Assembly: GCA_963750165.1 (NCBI GenBank)
Contig: CAVVPN010000003.1
Location: forward strand, 3,040,001-3,104,000
From: an uncultured Gemmataceae bacterium
GTDB lineage: Bacteria; Planctomycetota; Planctomycetia; Gemmatales; Gemmataceae
Direction of reading: 5' to 3'
Length of the DNA stretch: 64,000 nucleotides
Position 1 is the stretch's first letter, and every line of letters begins with the position of its first letter. The notes beneath the pieces are model-generated. The model had not been told where the DNA came from, ran no database searches, and saw only the letters and a program-made list of their open reading frames with translations. Below are positions 10,259-22,018 of this stretch, in pieces. Position numbers and translations under genes: made by a program.

Positions 10259-11839
10259 ATGAACCAACCGCAAAGCGTCTCACCCTCCTGGTCCGCCAGG
10301 TTCTCTGAATTGCCGGAGGCCGTGCCCTTCCCCTTCCTGCTGCCGCCCGTCCAGCCCGACGAGATCGGCCGGCTGGGGAGTTTCCGCGTACTGAAGCTCC
10401 TGGGCCGCGGCGGCATGGGTTACGTCTTCCAGGCCGAAGACCTGACGCTGTGCCGGCCGGTTGCCCTGAAGGTGATGAACCCACAGCTGGGCACGGAACC
10501 CGGCGCCTGGCAGCGCTTCCTGCGTGAGGCCCGCGTGATGGCGGCCATCAAGCACGAGGCGCTCGTCACCGTGTACCAGGCCGCTCAGGAAGGCGGCGTG
10601 GTGTTCCTGGCGATGGAACTGCTGCAGGGGCAGACGTTGCAAGACTGGCTGGAGCGCGGCGAGCGGCCGGTGCTCGACGAAATCTACCGTCTGGCCAGCG
10701 AGATCGCCACGGGCCTGGCGGTCATCCACGACCACGGCCTGGTCCACCGCGACATCAAACCCGCCAACCTCTGGCTGGAGGCGCCGGCCGCGCACGTCAA
10801 GATTCTTGACTTCGGCCTGGCCCGCTTCGTCAGCGATGAGCCCGGCCTGACGCGCACCGGCACCGTCCTGGGCACGCCGTCGTTCATGTCACCCGAGCAG
10901 GCACGCGGCGAACCGGTCGATCTGCGGAGCGATCTGTTCAGCTTCGGCTGCGTCCTGTACTGCCTGTGTACGGGCGGCGACCCGTTCCCTGGCCGGACCA
11001 CGACGGCCGTGCTGACGGCGCTGGCCACGAGCCAGCCGCCGCCGGTCCATCAGGTCAACCCGGCCCTGCCGGCCGCCCTGTCGAATCTGGTGGCCCGGCT
11101 GCTGGCGAAGGACCCGCGTGATCGGCCCCCCTCGGCCGGGGAGGTGCTGGAGGAGTTGCGCGCCCTGGAACGCGGCCAGGCGCCGCCCCCCGTCGCCTCG
11201 GCTACACGCCGGATCAGGCCCCAGTGCGAACCGGAGTCCGCCGCCGGTGGACGGCACGGCTGGGCCTGGGCCGTGGCGCTGGTGGCGGCCGTGGCCTTTG
11301 CGGCGCCGCTTCTCTGGCACGTGCTGAACCGTCCCGTCAACCCCGCCGCGGCGCCGGAGGGGCCGGCGCCGGCGATCCCGGCGGTGGAGCAGGGCGCGAC
11401 GTACCTGACCGCCCTGAAGCCGAGCGGCCGCGAGAACTGGCCGTTCCTGCCGCCCACGCCGCCGGGGCTGCCGCCGCTCAAGGCCTACGGCAGCGGCCGG
11501 GTGCAGGGCAAGGTTGATCCGCACAGCATTTTCATGCACCCGCCGCCGGTCGGCGGTCCCGCCGTGCTGCAGTACGCACTCGGCAAGCAGTACAACCAGT
11601 TCCACGCCACAGTGAACCTGAACGACGGCCCCGCGGATGCCATGTCGAGCTGCGCGTTCGCAGTCCACGGCGACGGGCGGCTGCTCTGGCAATCGCGGCC
11701 GATCCGCTCCCAGGCAGACGGCCAGACCTGCTCGGTATCCGTGCGTGGCGTGGCCGATCTGCGGCTGGAGGTGCGCTGCCTGGGCAAGGATCCGCGCGGC
11801 CTGCACGCCATCTGGCTGGGGCCGCGCCTGACGAAATAA
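10259..11839 (+). CDS. Ser/Thr protein kinase with TM and NPCBM/NEW2-like domain
   Basis: GRGGMG, VALK, HRDIKPAN, DFG, GTPSFMSPEQ; TM; C-terminal HSIFMHP...YALGKQY...FAVHGDG...GVADLRLEV. Confidence 0.92.
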   Translation: MNQPQSVSPSWSARFSELPEAVPFPFLLPPVQPDEIGRLGSFRVLKLLGRGGMGYVFQAEDLTLCRPVALKVMNPQLGTEPGAWQRFLREARVMAAIKHEALVTVYQAAQEGGVVFLAMELLQGQTLQDWLERGERPVLDEIYRLASEIATGLAVIHDHGLVHRDIKPANLWLEAPAAHVKILDFGLARFVSDEPGLTRTGTVLGTPSFMSPEQARGEPVDLRSDLFSFGCVLYCLCTGGDPFPGRTTTAVLTALATSQPPPVHQVNPALPAALSNLVARLLAKDPRDRPPSAGEVLEELRALERGQAPPPVASATRRIRPQCEPESAAGGRHGWAWAVALVAAVAFAAPLLWHVLNRPVNPAAAPEGPAPAIPAVEQGATYLTALKPSGRENWPFLPPTPPGLPPLKAYGSGRVQGKVDPHSIFMHPPPVGGPAVLQYALGKQYNQFHATVNLNDGPADAMSSCAFAVHGDGRLLWQSRPIRSQADGQTCSVSVRGVADLRLEVRCLGKDPRGLHAIWLGPRLTK

Positions 11840-11963
11840 CCGCCGCACGTGGGCTTGTCCCGGACGGCCCTTCGGGTAGACCAACGGGAAACCCGCGCCG
11901 GCGGCGAGCGTGTGCCCGTGGTCCGTTCTTCCCGCCGGCTCTGCGCTTCCGGGAGGATGTCCC

Positions 11964-12698
11964 ATGCGGTTGTCCCGTTCCGCGCTGCCGGCGCTCGTCT
12001 TGCTGACGCTGCTCCTCGTCCCCGCCACCCCCGCTCAGGAGGGAGGCAAATCCCCAAAGGCATTCATTGACGGCACCGGCCCCGGCTGGCGAGCGCTGGG
12101 GGAGGCCGACTTCGTCAACGTCAACTGCGACGCGAACACCTTCACGTGGAAGAAAGACGGCAGCGTCCACTGCACGGGCCTGCCGATCGGCGTCTGCCGG
12201 TCGGTGAAGCAATACACCAATTTCGAGCTGGTCGCGGAGTGGCGGCACCTCAAAAGTGGCGGCAACTCGGGCATTTTCGTCTGGGCGCCGGCGGCGGGTT
12301 TGAAGGACCTCAAACCCGGCAAGCTGCCGCGCGGCGGTATTGAGGTGCAGGTGCTGGACCACGGCTACACCGAGCAGTACGAGAAGCGCAGCAAGAAGAA
12401 GGCGGACTGGTTCACGACCCACGGCGACGTGTTTCCGGTCGGCACGTCAAAGATGAAGCCGTTCGCTCCGACCTCGCCGGACGGCAGCCGCAGTTTTCCG
12501 CGCAAGAACCTGAGCAAGGGCATTAACGCATGGAACCACTACTACGTCCGCGCCATCAACGGCGAGATTCGGTTGTGGGTGAATGGCGAGGAGGTGTCCG
12601 GCGGCAATCACGCCGAGCCGCGGTCGGGGTTCCTGTGCCTGGAGTCAGAGGGGGCACCGATCGATTTCCGCAACCTGCGCATCCGCGAGTTGCCGTGA
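11964..12698 (+). CDS. DUF1080 (3-keto-disaccharide hydrolase-like) exported protein
   Basis: Signal peptide; YTNFELVAEWR, GNSGIF, GIEVQV, WNHY, LESEG..IDFRNLRIREL. Confidence 0.9.
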   Translation: MRLSRSALPALVLLTLLLVPATPAQEGGKSPKAFIDGTGPGWRALGEADFVNVNCDANTFTWKKDGSVHCTGLPIGVCRSVKQYTNFELVAEWRHLKSGGNSGIFVWAPAAGLKDLKPGKLPRGGIEVQVLDHGYTEQYEKRSKKKADWFTTHGDVFPVGTSKMKPFAPTSPDGSRSFPRKNLSKGINAWNHYYVRAINGEIRLWVNGEEVSGGNHAEPRSGFLCLESEGAPIDFRNLRIRELP

Positions 12699-12761
12699 GA
12701 CCGGGACATTTCGGATAATAAGGGTGGGGATTCGGCACACAAGCCGCGCCGGCGATTGCTG

Positions 12762-14039
<1,278 letters not shown>

Positions 14040-14184
14040 CGGGCAGTCCTCGGCCGGGGAAACGGTTCGAGGAGTCAATATAGCTCATCCGGCCAGCCGC
14101 AGGAATCGGTCAGAGGCGCTCCTTGCTTCCGAACGCACCAAGGGATCAACCTTGCTTCGTAGAAAACCTCGGAATCAGTTGAGT

Positions 14185-14309
14185 TAGAGCGGTTCGCGTT
14201 TGGGTAGCGCACAAGTCGTGGGACGGCTCTCCAGAGCCGTCAGCGTTCTCCCGACGGCTCTGGAGAGCCGTCCCACGACTTGTAGTCCACGCGACTGGGA
14301 ACCGCTCTA
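14185..14309. mobile_element. MITE-like shell TAGAGCGGTTC...GAACCGCTCTA with internal REP pair
   Basis: 11-bp perfect terminal inverted repeat; inner 31-bp inverted repeat 14211-14241/14253-14283 (GTGGGACGGCTCTCCAGAGCCGTC). Confidence 0.7.
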
Positions 14310-14389
14310 GGCGAGCGGCGCGGCGTCAGCCCGCCGGTCCTGTGCCTGGTCTGACGCAGCACCGGCGGCCTGACGCCGCGCCGCTCGCC
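14310..14389. repeat. Inverted repeat, GGCGAGCGGCGCGGCGT family
   Basis: 14310-14338 pairs with 14361-14389; homologous to 1331-1399. Confidence 0.85.
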
Positions 14390-14537
14390 CAGGTTTTCTA
14401 CGGAGCGGATCAACCTCCGATAAAGTAAAGGGCATTCATGACGGCCCGACCCGGGGCACGGGAGTTGCTAACCACCGTGCGGCGATATAGCGTAAACGAT
14501 GCCCGCCGGAACGGCAGGGCGAAAGGCGCGGGCACTC

Positions 14538-16832
14538 ATGGTGGAACGCCGGGCGATCACGGTGCAGGGAATCGTGCAGGGCGTCGGCTTTCGGCCGCTC
14601 GTCCACGGCCTCGCCGTGCGGCTGCAGCTCCGCGGCTTCGTCACCAACCAGGCCGGCAGCGTGCTCATCGAGGTCGAGGGCGACCCGCCGTCCCTGGACT
14701 GCTTCCTCGCCGAACTCACCGACCACCCGCCGCCGCTGGCCCACATCGAACGCCTGTCCTGGGAGCCGCGACCACCGCGCGGCGACCATACCTTCCGCAT
14801 CGAGGCCAGCCAGGCCCAGCCCGACCCCGCGGCCGTCTTTGTCTCACCGGACGTGGCCACCTGTGACGACTGCCTCGCGGAACTGTTCGACCCGCACGAC
14901 CGCCGCCACGGCTATCCCTTCCTGAACTGCACCAACTGTGGCCCCCGGCTGACCATCATTCAGGGCGCTCCCTACGACCGCGAACGCACCACCATGTCGG
15001 CGTTCCCGATGTGCGCTGCCTGCCGGGCCGAGTATGACGATCCCAGCAACCGCCGCTTCCACGCCCAGCCGACCTGTTGCCCCGCGTGTGGGCCGCGCCT
15101 CCGGTTGCGCAACGCCGTTGGGGAACCCATCGCAACCGACGACCCACTGGCCCGGTTCGCCGCTGCGTTGCGGGCGGGACGGATCGGCGCCCTGAAGGGC
15201 CTGGGCGGCTATCACCTAGCCTGTGACGCCCGCAGCGCGGTGGCAGTCGGCGAACTGCGGCGGCGGAAGCATCGGGACGAAAAACCCTTCGCCGTCATGG
15301 TCGCCGACCTCGCCGCGGCCCGGAAACTCTGCGACGTGTCCCCCGCCGAGGAAGCACTGCTCCGCTCCCCGCGCCGGCCCATCGTGCTGCTGCGCCGCGT
15401 CGGCACCATCGCGGAGGGCATCGCGCCGCGCAACCCTTACCTCGGCGTTCTGCTGCCTTACACGCCGCTGCACCATCTGCTGATGCGGGCCGTCGGCGAC
15501 ATGCCGCTCGTGCTGACCAGCGGCAACCGCTCCGACGAGCCCATCGCCTACGACGACGCGGACGCGCTGGAGCGCCTGGCCGGCAGCGCCGATGTGTTTC
15601 TGACGCACGACCGGCCCATTCACGTCCGCTGCGATGATTCGGTGACGCGCGTCGTGGACGGCGTGGAGTTGCCGCTGCGGCGCTCGCGCGGCTACGCCCC
15701 GCAGCCAATCGCCCTGCCGCTGGAGTGCCGGCAACCCATCCTGGCGGTCGGCGGCCAGTTCAAGGGCGCCTTCGCCGTCGGCCGCGGCCGGCACGCCTTC
15801 CTCAGTCACCACCTGGGCGACCTCGACCACTACGACGCTTACCGCGCCTTCGTGAAGGATGTCACGTTGTACGAACAACTCTTCGCCAGCAAGCCGCAAT
15901 TACTGGCGCATGATTTGCATCCGGATTATGCGTCTACCCGCCATGCCCAGGAGCGTGCCGCGACCGAGGGCCTGACCTTGCTGGCCGTCCAGCACCATCA
16001 CGCCCATCTGGCGAGCTGCATGGCCGAGCACGGGCTGACGGAGCCGGTCCTCGGCGTGACCTTCGACGGCACCGGCTACGGCACGGACGGCGCCATCTGG
16101 GGCGGCGAGTTTTTGGTCGGCGATTACCGGCAGGTTCGGCGCGCCGCCCACCTGCGCTACGTCGGTTTGCCTGGCGGTGACCGGGCCGTCCGCGAGCCCT
16201 GGCGCGTGGCCCTGGCCCAGCTGCTCGACGCCGGGGAGGGTTCCGACATCCTGGAGAGACGGCTGCCGCGCTCCGCTCTGCGCACGGTGGAGAAGATGCT
16301 TTCCCGCGGCTTCAACACGCCGTTGACTTCCAGCGCGGGCAGGCTTTTTGATGCAGTCGCGGCCCTCGCCGGGGTCCGCGATCAGGTGAGCTACGAAGGC
16401 CAGGCTGCGGTGGAACTGGAGTGGCTGGCGACGGACGTGCCTCCTGACGGGGCCTATCCTTTTGACCTGACCCAGGGCGGGCAGGACGACAGCACGCAAC
16501 CCCTGAACATCGACACCCGTCCGCTCATCCGGGCGGTGGTGGGCGACGTGCGCTGCCGAGTCCCGGCCGGGCTCGTCGCGCGGCGCTTCCATACAACGCT
16601 GGTGGAACTCATTGCCGCCGTCTGCGATCAACTGCGGCGGGCGACCGGGCTGGACGCGGTGGTGCTGAGCGGCGGCGTCTTCCTGAATGCGCTGCTCACG
16701 CGCGAGGTAGCGGGTCGCCTGAACCGGGACGGGTTCCGCGTGTACCGCCACCGGCTGGTGCCGCCCAATGACGGCGGCCTGAGCCTGGGACAGCTGGCCG
16801 TCGCCGCAGCAACAGAGTCTCTTCGTTCGTAG
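14538..16832 (+). CDS. hypF: Carbamoyltransferase HypF
   Basis: GIVQGVGFRP, two CxxC-x18-CxxC zinc fingers, KGLGGYHL, HDLHPDY, QHHHAH, PPNDGGLSLGQ. Confidence 0.98.
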   Translation: MVERRAITVQGIVQGVGFRPLVHGLAVRLQLRGFVTNQAGSVLIEVEGDPPSLDCFLAELTDHPPPLAHIERLSWEPRPPRGDHTFRIEASQAQPDPAAVFVSPDVATCDDCLAELFDPHDRRHGYPFLNCTNCGPRLTIIQGAPYDRERTTMSAFPMCAACRAEYDDPSNRRFHAQPTCCPACGPRLRLRNAVGEPIATDDPLARFAAALRAGRIGALKGLGGYHLACDARSAVAVGELRRRKHRDEKPFAVMVADLAAARKLCDVSPAEEALLRSPRRPIVLLRRVGTIAEGIAPRNPYLGVLLPYTPLHHLLMRAVGDMPLVLTSGNRSDEPIAYDDADALERLAGSADVFLTHDRPIHVRCDDSVTRVVDGVELPLRRSRGYAPQPIALPLECRQPILAVGGQFKGAFAVGRGRHAFLSHHLGDLDHYDAYRAFVKDVTLYEQLFASKPQLLAHDLHPDYASTRHAQERAATEGLTLLAVQHHHAHLASCMAEHGLTEPVLGVTFDGTGYGTDGAIWGGEFLVGDYRQVRRAAHLRYVGLPGGDRAVREPWRVALAQLLDAGEGSDILERRLPRSALRTVEKMLSRGFNTPLTSSAGRLFDAVAALAGVRDQVSYEGQAAVELEWLATDVPPDGAYPFDLTQGGQDDSTQPLNIDTRPLIRAVVGDVRCRVPAGLVARRFHTTLVELIAAVCDQLRRATGLDAVVLSGGVFLNALLTREVAGRLNRDGFRVYRHRLVPPNDGGLSLGQLAVAAATESLRS

Positions 16833-16890
16833 TCCCGCCTTCAGGCGGCATTCGGCGAAGACCGCCTGAAGGCGGAACTACGAACGAAGA
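16820..16890. repeat. GTAG-type REP pair supplying the hypF stop codon
   Basis: 16820-16848 pairs with 16862-16890; the TAG at 16830-16832 is inside the GTAG. Confidence 0.85.
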
Positions 16891-16902
16891 CAGGAGCTAA
16901 CA

Positions 16903-17172
16903 ATGTGCCTCGGGATACCGGGCCGGGTGGTGGAGACCAACCGCGAGCATGACGTGCTGATGGGCAAGGTCGATTTCAGCGGCGTCTGCAAGCGCGTCTG
17001 CCTGGAGCATGTGCCGGAGGTGCGGCCCGGCGATTACGTCCTGGTCCACGTCGGCTTCGCCCTGTCGCGCATCGACGAGGACGAGGCCCGGCGCGTGTTT
17101 GAGTTTTTGGAGCAGATGAACCAGCTCGACGAACTGCAGGCGCCCGCCGCCGCGGACCCGGGAACGGATTGA
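16903..17172 (+). CDS. hypC: Hydrogenase chaperone HypC
   Basis: MCLGIPG start; GDYVLVHVGFA. Confidence 0.98.
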   Translation: MCLGIPGRVVETNREHDVLMGKVDFSGVCKRVCLEHVPEVRPGDYVLVHVGFALSRIDEDEARRVFEFLEQMNQLDELQAPAAADPGTD

Positions 17173-17175
17173 CCC

Positions 17176-18279
17176 ATGAAATTCGTCGATGAATACCGGG
17201 ACAGCGCCGCCGCCGTCCAGTTAACCGCGGCCATCGCCGCCAGCGTGACGCGGCCGTGGACGCTCATGGAAGTCTGCGGCGGTCAGACGCACACCATCGT
17301 CAAGTATGGCATCGACAAGCTGCTGCCGCCCGGCCTTGAACTGGTCCACGGCCCCGGCTGTCCAGTGTGCGTCACGGCGCTGGAGACCATCGACCGCGCC
17401 CACGCCATTGCGTCGCGGCCCGGGGTGATGTTTTGCTCGTTCGGCGACATGCTGCGTGTGCCTGGCTCGCGCGGCGACCTGCTCCAGGTCAAGGCCCAGG
17501 GCGGCGACGTGCGTGTCGTCTATTCGCCACTGGACGCGGTGAATCTGGCCGCGGCCAACCCAGGCCGGCAGGTGGTGTTCTTCGCCATCGGCTTCGAGAC
17601 GACGGCGCCGCCCAACGCGATGGCCGTCTGGCTGGCCCGCAAACGGCGGCTGACGAACTTCAGCGTGCTGGTGTCGCACGTCCTGGTACCGCCGACGATG
17701 ACCGCCCTGCTGGAAGCGCCGGACAACCGTGTGCAGGGTTTTCTGGGGCCGGGCCACGTCTGCACGGTCATGGGCACCGGCGAGTATGAGCCGATTGCCC
17801 GCCGCTACCGCGTGCCCATCGTCGTCACGGGCTTCGAGCCGCTCGACCTGCTGGAAGGCATCCTGCGCACGGTGCGGCAGCTGGAGGCGGGCCGGGCGGA
17901 GGTGGAGAACCAGTACGGCCGGGCCGTCCGTCCCGAGGGCAATCCACAGTCGCGGCAGTTGATCGAGGACGTGTTCGAGGTCTGCGACCGCAAGTGGCGC
18001 GGCGTCGGTTTGATCCCGGCAAGCGGCTATCGGTTGCGCGACGCCTACCGCGATTTCGACGCCGAGGTGCGCTTCGCCGTGGACGCCATCGAGACACATG
18101 AGTCGGCGGAATGCATCAGCGGCCAGATCCTGCGTGGACTGAAGAAGCCGCACGACTGCCCGGCGTTCGGCAAGGAGTGTACGCCGCAGTCGCCGCTGGG
18201 CGCGACGATGGTGTCGTCCGAGGGGGCGTGTGCCGCGTACTACGCCTACGGGCGCCACCTGGAACTCGTGACAAGATGA
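17176..18279 (+). CDS. hypD: Hydrogenase formation protein HypD
   Basis: [37 protein letters not shown]. Confidence 0.98.
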   Translation: MKFVDEYRDSAAAVQLTAAIAASVTRPWTLMEVCGGQTHTIVKYGIDKLLPPGLELVHGPGCPVCVTALETIDRAHAIASRPGVMFCSFGDMLRVPGSRGDLLQVKAQGGDVRVVYSPLDAVNLAAANPGRQVVFFAIGFETTAPPNAMAVWLARKRRLTNFSVLVSHVLVPPTMTALLEAPDNRVQGFLGPGHVCTVMGTGEYEPIARRYRVPIVVTGFEPLDLLEGILRTVRQLEAGRAEVENQYGRAVRPEGNPQSRQLIEDVFEVCDRKWRGVGLIPASGYRLRDAYRDFDAEVRFAVDAIETHESAECISGQILRGLKKPHDCPAFGKECTPQSPLGATMVSSEGACAAYYAYGRHLELVTR

Positions 18280-18316
18280 CAAGGTGAGCGGTTGAGCCAA
18301 CCGAGGGAAGGGGCAC

Positions 18317-18817
18317 ATGGACTTCGGCGGTGGTATCTGCTTTCTCTTCCTGATTGTGTCCATAAGTGTGGGACTGGTGTTGTGGATAGCTTTTTGGATT
18401 GTCCAGGGATTCCGTTCAAGGCTCTCGCGAAAGAGGTGGGGTTGGGGCAGTTGGCTGGTAGCCGGATTGATCTTGGCGTTGATGGTGCTGTTCCCGCCAC
18501 TCCGCCGAGCGGGTGATTGGATCGAGCCAGATACGGCAAGCCCCATCCCGTCAGGGACAGCCGAGAGGGTCGATCGCTGGTTCTTCGGTTACATACCACG
18601 GTACGGCTGGATCGGAGAAATTGGAAGTATGGAAGAAACCATACCCAGTACCGTGAAATTAGAAGAGCAAGGACCGTATTGGTGCTCAAGTTTCCGGTGG
18701 GTAGTGGACTGGTTGTATGTGGGCGGTGAAGCCCTGGTGTTCGCGATTTTATTCTTACCTTTCCTGTTGTTACAGCGTGGAACGCAAGATAGATCATCCA
18801 GCTCAAGGAGACCGTGA
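18317..18817 (+). CDS. Hypothetical 3-TM membrane protein, atypical composition
   Basis: 166-aa ORF with three hydrophobic segments and an RBS-like purine run; visibly lower GC than the hyp genes. Confidence 0.65.
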   Translation: MDFGGGICFLFLIVSISVGLVLWIAFWIVQGFRSRLSRKRWGWGSWLVAGLILALMVLFPPLRRAGDWIEPDTASPIPSGTAERVDRWFFGYIPRYGWIGEIGSMEETIPSTVKLEEQGPYWCSSFRWVVDWLYVGGEALVFAILFLPFLLLQRGTQDRSSSSRRP

Positions 18818-18823
18818 TCTCAG

Positions 18824-19909
18824 ATGAATTCCCCAGACATAACTTCTGGGAATCTGCTCGGCACCTGTCCGTTGCCGCGGTCGCAATACGACCACATCCT
18901 GCTCGGCCACGGCAGTGGCGGCCGGCTGACCGCCGACCTCATTCAGCGCGTTTTCGTGCCGGCCTTCGGCAACGACGTGCTGGCGGCTCTGGAAGATCAG
19001 GCGACCGTCTCGCTGGACGGCAGCAACGGCATCAAGGCCCCGCGCCTGGCGATCACGACGGATGCGTTCGTGGTCCGCCCACTCTTTTTTCCCGGGGGCG
19101 ACATCGGCAGTCTGGCGGTCCACGGCACGGTCAACGATCTGGCCGTCGGCGGCGCCGTGCCCAAATACCTCGCCGCGGCGTTCATCCTCGAAGAGGGTTT
19201 GGCCCTGAACGACCTGAAGCGCATCGTCGCGTCGATGCGTGCGGCCTGCGACGAGGCGGGTGTGGCTTTGGTGACGGGTGACACCAAGGTGGTGGACCGC
19301 GGCAAGGGCGACCAGGTATTCATCACCACCACCGGCGTTGGCCTGGTGCCGGAGGGCCGCTGCCTGTCGATCCACAACGCCCGGCCCGGCGACCGTGTCC
19401 TCATCTCCGGCACCCTTGGTGATCACGGAATCGCCATCATGTCGCTGCGCGAGGGCATCGAATTTGAAACGGTGCTGGAGAGCGACACCGCGCCGCTGAC
19501 CGGGCTGACCGAGACGATGCTGGCGGCCTGTCCGTCGATCCGCTGCATGCGTGACCCGACGCGCGGCGGCCTGTCGAGTGCGGTCAACGAGCTGGCGGTG
19601 GCGTCGCGGGTCGGCGTCCGGCTCACCGAGGCGGCGCTGCCGATCCGGCGTGAGGTTCACGCCGCCTGTGAGATGCTCGGGCTCGACCCGCTGTACGTCG
19701 CCAACGAGGGCAAGCTGATCGCCGTGGTGCCGCCGGAGGACGCCGACCGGCTGCTAGCGGTGATGCGCCGCCACCCGCTGGGGCGTGACGCGGCGGTCAT
19801 CGGGGAAGTCGTGGCGGAGCACCCGGGGTTGGTGATACAGCGGTCGGTGGTGGGCGGCGACCGGGTCGTCACGCTGCTGGCCGGTGAGCAGCTACCGCGG
19901 ATCTGCTAA
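18824..19909 (+). CDS. hypE: Carbamoyl dehydratase HypE
   Basis: GHGSGG, TTDAFVV, GDTKVV, RDPTRGG, ANEG, terminal PRIC. Confidence 0.98.
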   Translation: MNSPDITSGNLLGTCPLPRSQYDHILLGHGSGGRLTADLIQRVFVPAFGNDVLAALEDQATVSLDGSNGIKAPRLAITTDAFVVRPLFFPGGDIGSLAVHGTVNDLAVGGAVPKYLAAAFILEEGLALNDLKRIVASMRAACDEAGVALVTGDTKVVDRGKGDQVFITTTGVGLVPEGRCLSIHNARPGDRVLISGTLGDHGIAIMSLREGIEFETVLESDTAPLTGLTETMLAACPSIRCMRDPTRGGLSSAVNELAVASRVGVRLTEAALPIRREVHAACEMLGLDPLYVANEGKLIAVVPPEDADRLLAVMRRHPLGRDAAVIGEVVAEHPGLVIQRSVVGGDRVVTLLAGEQLPRIC

Positions 19910-20017
19910 CCGGTAGGAGCCGCTCCGCCCTGGCGCGAAAAAAGGCCGGGCCGCCCCGGGAGCATTCCCAGAACGGCCCGGACCCGCTTGACTGGATGCG
20001 GTTGGCGGCGCCGGCGC

Positions 20018-21868
20018 TCACGAGCCGGGGCCAGAGGCGGTGGCGTCGAGGAAGTCGTAGTTGATGCCGTTGTCGCCGCCGTTCAGCACGACGTTGACGA
20101 AGCCGTTGTCCACCAGCGAGCCGTCCTGCGCGCCGTTGTCCGTGCCGAGGGTGGCGCTCTCGACGAAGAAATTCGCCGGCGGCGTCTGGGTGATGCTGTA
20201 CGTACCCGCCAGCAGGTACGTCTGCGTCCCGAAACTGTAGTAGCCGTTGATGTCGGTGGTCGTGGTCAGGGTGACCGTTTGGCCGGCGGTGGTGGTGCCG
20301 GTCAGCGTCACGGTCACGCCGGCCAGCGGGGTGGCCAGCACGCCGGGGCCGTTGTCCAGCTGCACGAAGCCCGACACGGTGGCCAGCTGGCTGGCGGGCA
20401 GGCCGGGGTAGGTGTAGTTGTAGCTCGCCTGGCCGCAGTCGCCGCCGGACTTGTTCTGGTCGCCGTCGTGGACGATGACGTAGAAGCGGTAGCTGTGGCC
20501 CGGCAGCAACACGCCCGCGTTGTACAGGGCGGTCAGGTTCCAGCGCACCTCCGTGCCGTAACCCTCGTTGGTGGTGCCGGCCGGCGGGGCGTCGGCGCCG
20601 GCACCCAGGTTCCAGCTGTTCGTGGCGGGGTCGGCGTCGCAGGTCACCGTCGTCGTGTTGTTGGTGTAATTGACCGTCTTGACGACGCCTTTCCAGGTGC
20701 CGAACACCTGGCTGGGGGCGTAGGCGGAGCCGCCGGACTGCCAGTCGCCGCTGCGGCTGTTCGGGTTGCCGGTGGTGTCCGTGATGTACAGCGACGGCGC
20801 GATCAGCCGGCCGGACGGGTCGATGCCCGCCTGGTCGCCCGTGGTCGCGGTCGTGCCGATCTGCGGGTTGGTGGCCGAACCGGGGTTCGCGGTCAGGGCG
20901 GTGAGCGGGTAGTTGGTGGTGGTGGTGCCGCTGGACGTGATGACGTTCACCTGGCGGACGCCGAGCGCCATGGCGTGCTCGTCGCTGTACCAGAGGTCGA
21001 AGTAGCCGTTGGTCGCGTCCAGGTTGGCGGCCCGCAGCACCGTGCTCTCGTTGAAGGCCACGCTGGTGAGCGGGTTGCTGCTCGGATACGGGTAGTCCTG
21101 CAGGCCGTCGCCGAGCGTCGGCGTCACGTGGGCGCTGGGGCTGCCCGGGCCGCCGGTGTAGCCGGTGTAGTTGTTGCCGCCGGGGCCGCCGGTGATGCCG
21201 GTGCCGGTGCCGCCGGCGACGACGGCGGCCTTGAACGTCTCCGGGGTGCCGGCCTTGTCGGAGTTGGGCGGGGTGCCAGGCGGGGCGTTGTCCGCCGGCT
21301 TGACGGCCAGGCTGTTGGGGTCGGTGCCGAGGCTGGTGTAGACGGCCGCGCCCCAGGACCAGTTGACGTTCAGGTTGGCCGTGTCGCTCCAGAAACTGGC
21401 CGACCAGGTGACGTTCTTGATGTTGCCCGGCAGGGCGGCCGTCACGGGCAGCGCCACCCCGCCCAGGAACACGTTGCCGGTGCCGCCGGTCGGCACGCTG
21501 ACGTCCCAGTCGTTGTCGGTCGGGTCGTACGAGGCCGACTCGGACGTGGCCCCCTGGGTGAAGACGATGTCGCCGTTGGGCACCGACACGCTGTACGGGG
21601 TGCCGTTGGCGGTGAAACTGATCACGCCGTTCTCCACGTGGAGTTCCGCCGAGGTGGTACCGGGCGGCAGGCCGCCGACCTGGCCGACGGCGCTGAACCA
21701 GAGGGTGTCGCCGGCCGGGATGGCGTTGCCTTTGAAGTTCTGGGCGAGCGAGGAGGACGCGGAGGGCACCGCGCGGTCCTCGAGCACGTCGAGGGCCGGT
21801 CGGTAGCGGTTGGTGGTGGGTCGGGTGGGCGGCCGGAGGGAATTGCGGAGGCGGGTGAGCCAGTTCAT
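20018..21868 (-). CDS. Extracellular T/G/N-rich beta-protein with planctomycete LEDR leader and SdrD-B/Cna-like C-terminal domain
   Basis: RPALDVLEDRAVPS leader; C-terminal LAGVTVTLTG...TTTTDINGYYSF...GTYSITQT. Confidence 0.8.
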   Translation of the reverse strand: MNWLTRLRNSLRPPTRPTTNRYRPALDVLEDRAVPSASSSLAQNFKGNAIPAGDTLWFSAVGQVGGLPPGTTSAELHVENGVISFTANGTPYSVSVPNGDIVFTQGATSESASYDPTDNDWDVSVPTGGTGNVFLGGVALPVTAALPGNIKNVTWSASFWSDTANLNVNWSWGAAVYTSLGTDPNSLAVKPADNAPPGTPPNSDKAGTPETFKAAVVAGGTGTGITGGPGGNNYTGYTGGPGSPSAHVTPTLGDGLQDYPYPSSNPLTSVAFNESTVLRAANLDATNGYFDLWYSDEHAMALGVRQVNVITSSGTTTTNYPLTALTANPGSATNPQIGTTATTGDQAGIDPSGRLIAPSLYITDTTGNPNSRSGDWQSGGSAYAPSQVFGTWKGVVKTVNYTNNTTTVTCDADPATNSWNLGAGADAPPAGTTNEGYGTEVRWNLTALYNAGVLLPGHSYRFYVIVHDGDQNKSGGDCGQASYNYTYPGLPASQLATVSGFVQLDNGPGVLATPLAGVTVTLTGTTTAGQTVTLTTTTDINGYYSFGTQTYLLAGTYSITQTPPANFFVESATLGTDNGAQDGSLVDNGFVNVVLNGGDNGINYDFLDATASGPGS

Positions 21869-21989
21869 CGACGGTTCTCCACGGTGTGCAGGAGGAACGA
21901 AAATACGCCGTCACTCGCGACGGGACGTGGGGAAGGGCGGTTCAAAGCGCTCAGGGGGGTTGCAAACGTGGCTTTCAGAACCGCACGGA

Positions 21990-22018
21990 AAATTACGTTG
22001 CGAAAGCGCGTCTGTCAA
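21990..22018 (-). promoter_or_regulatory. Sigma-70-type promoter of the extracellular protein gene
   Basis: Minus strand TTGACA-N17-TAATTT. Confidence 0.55.
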
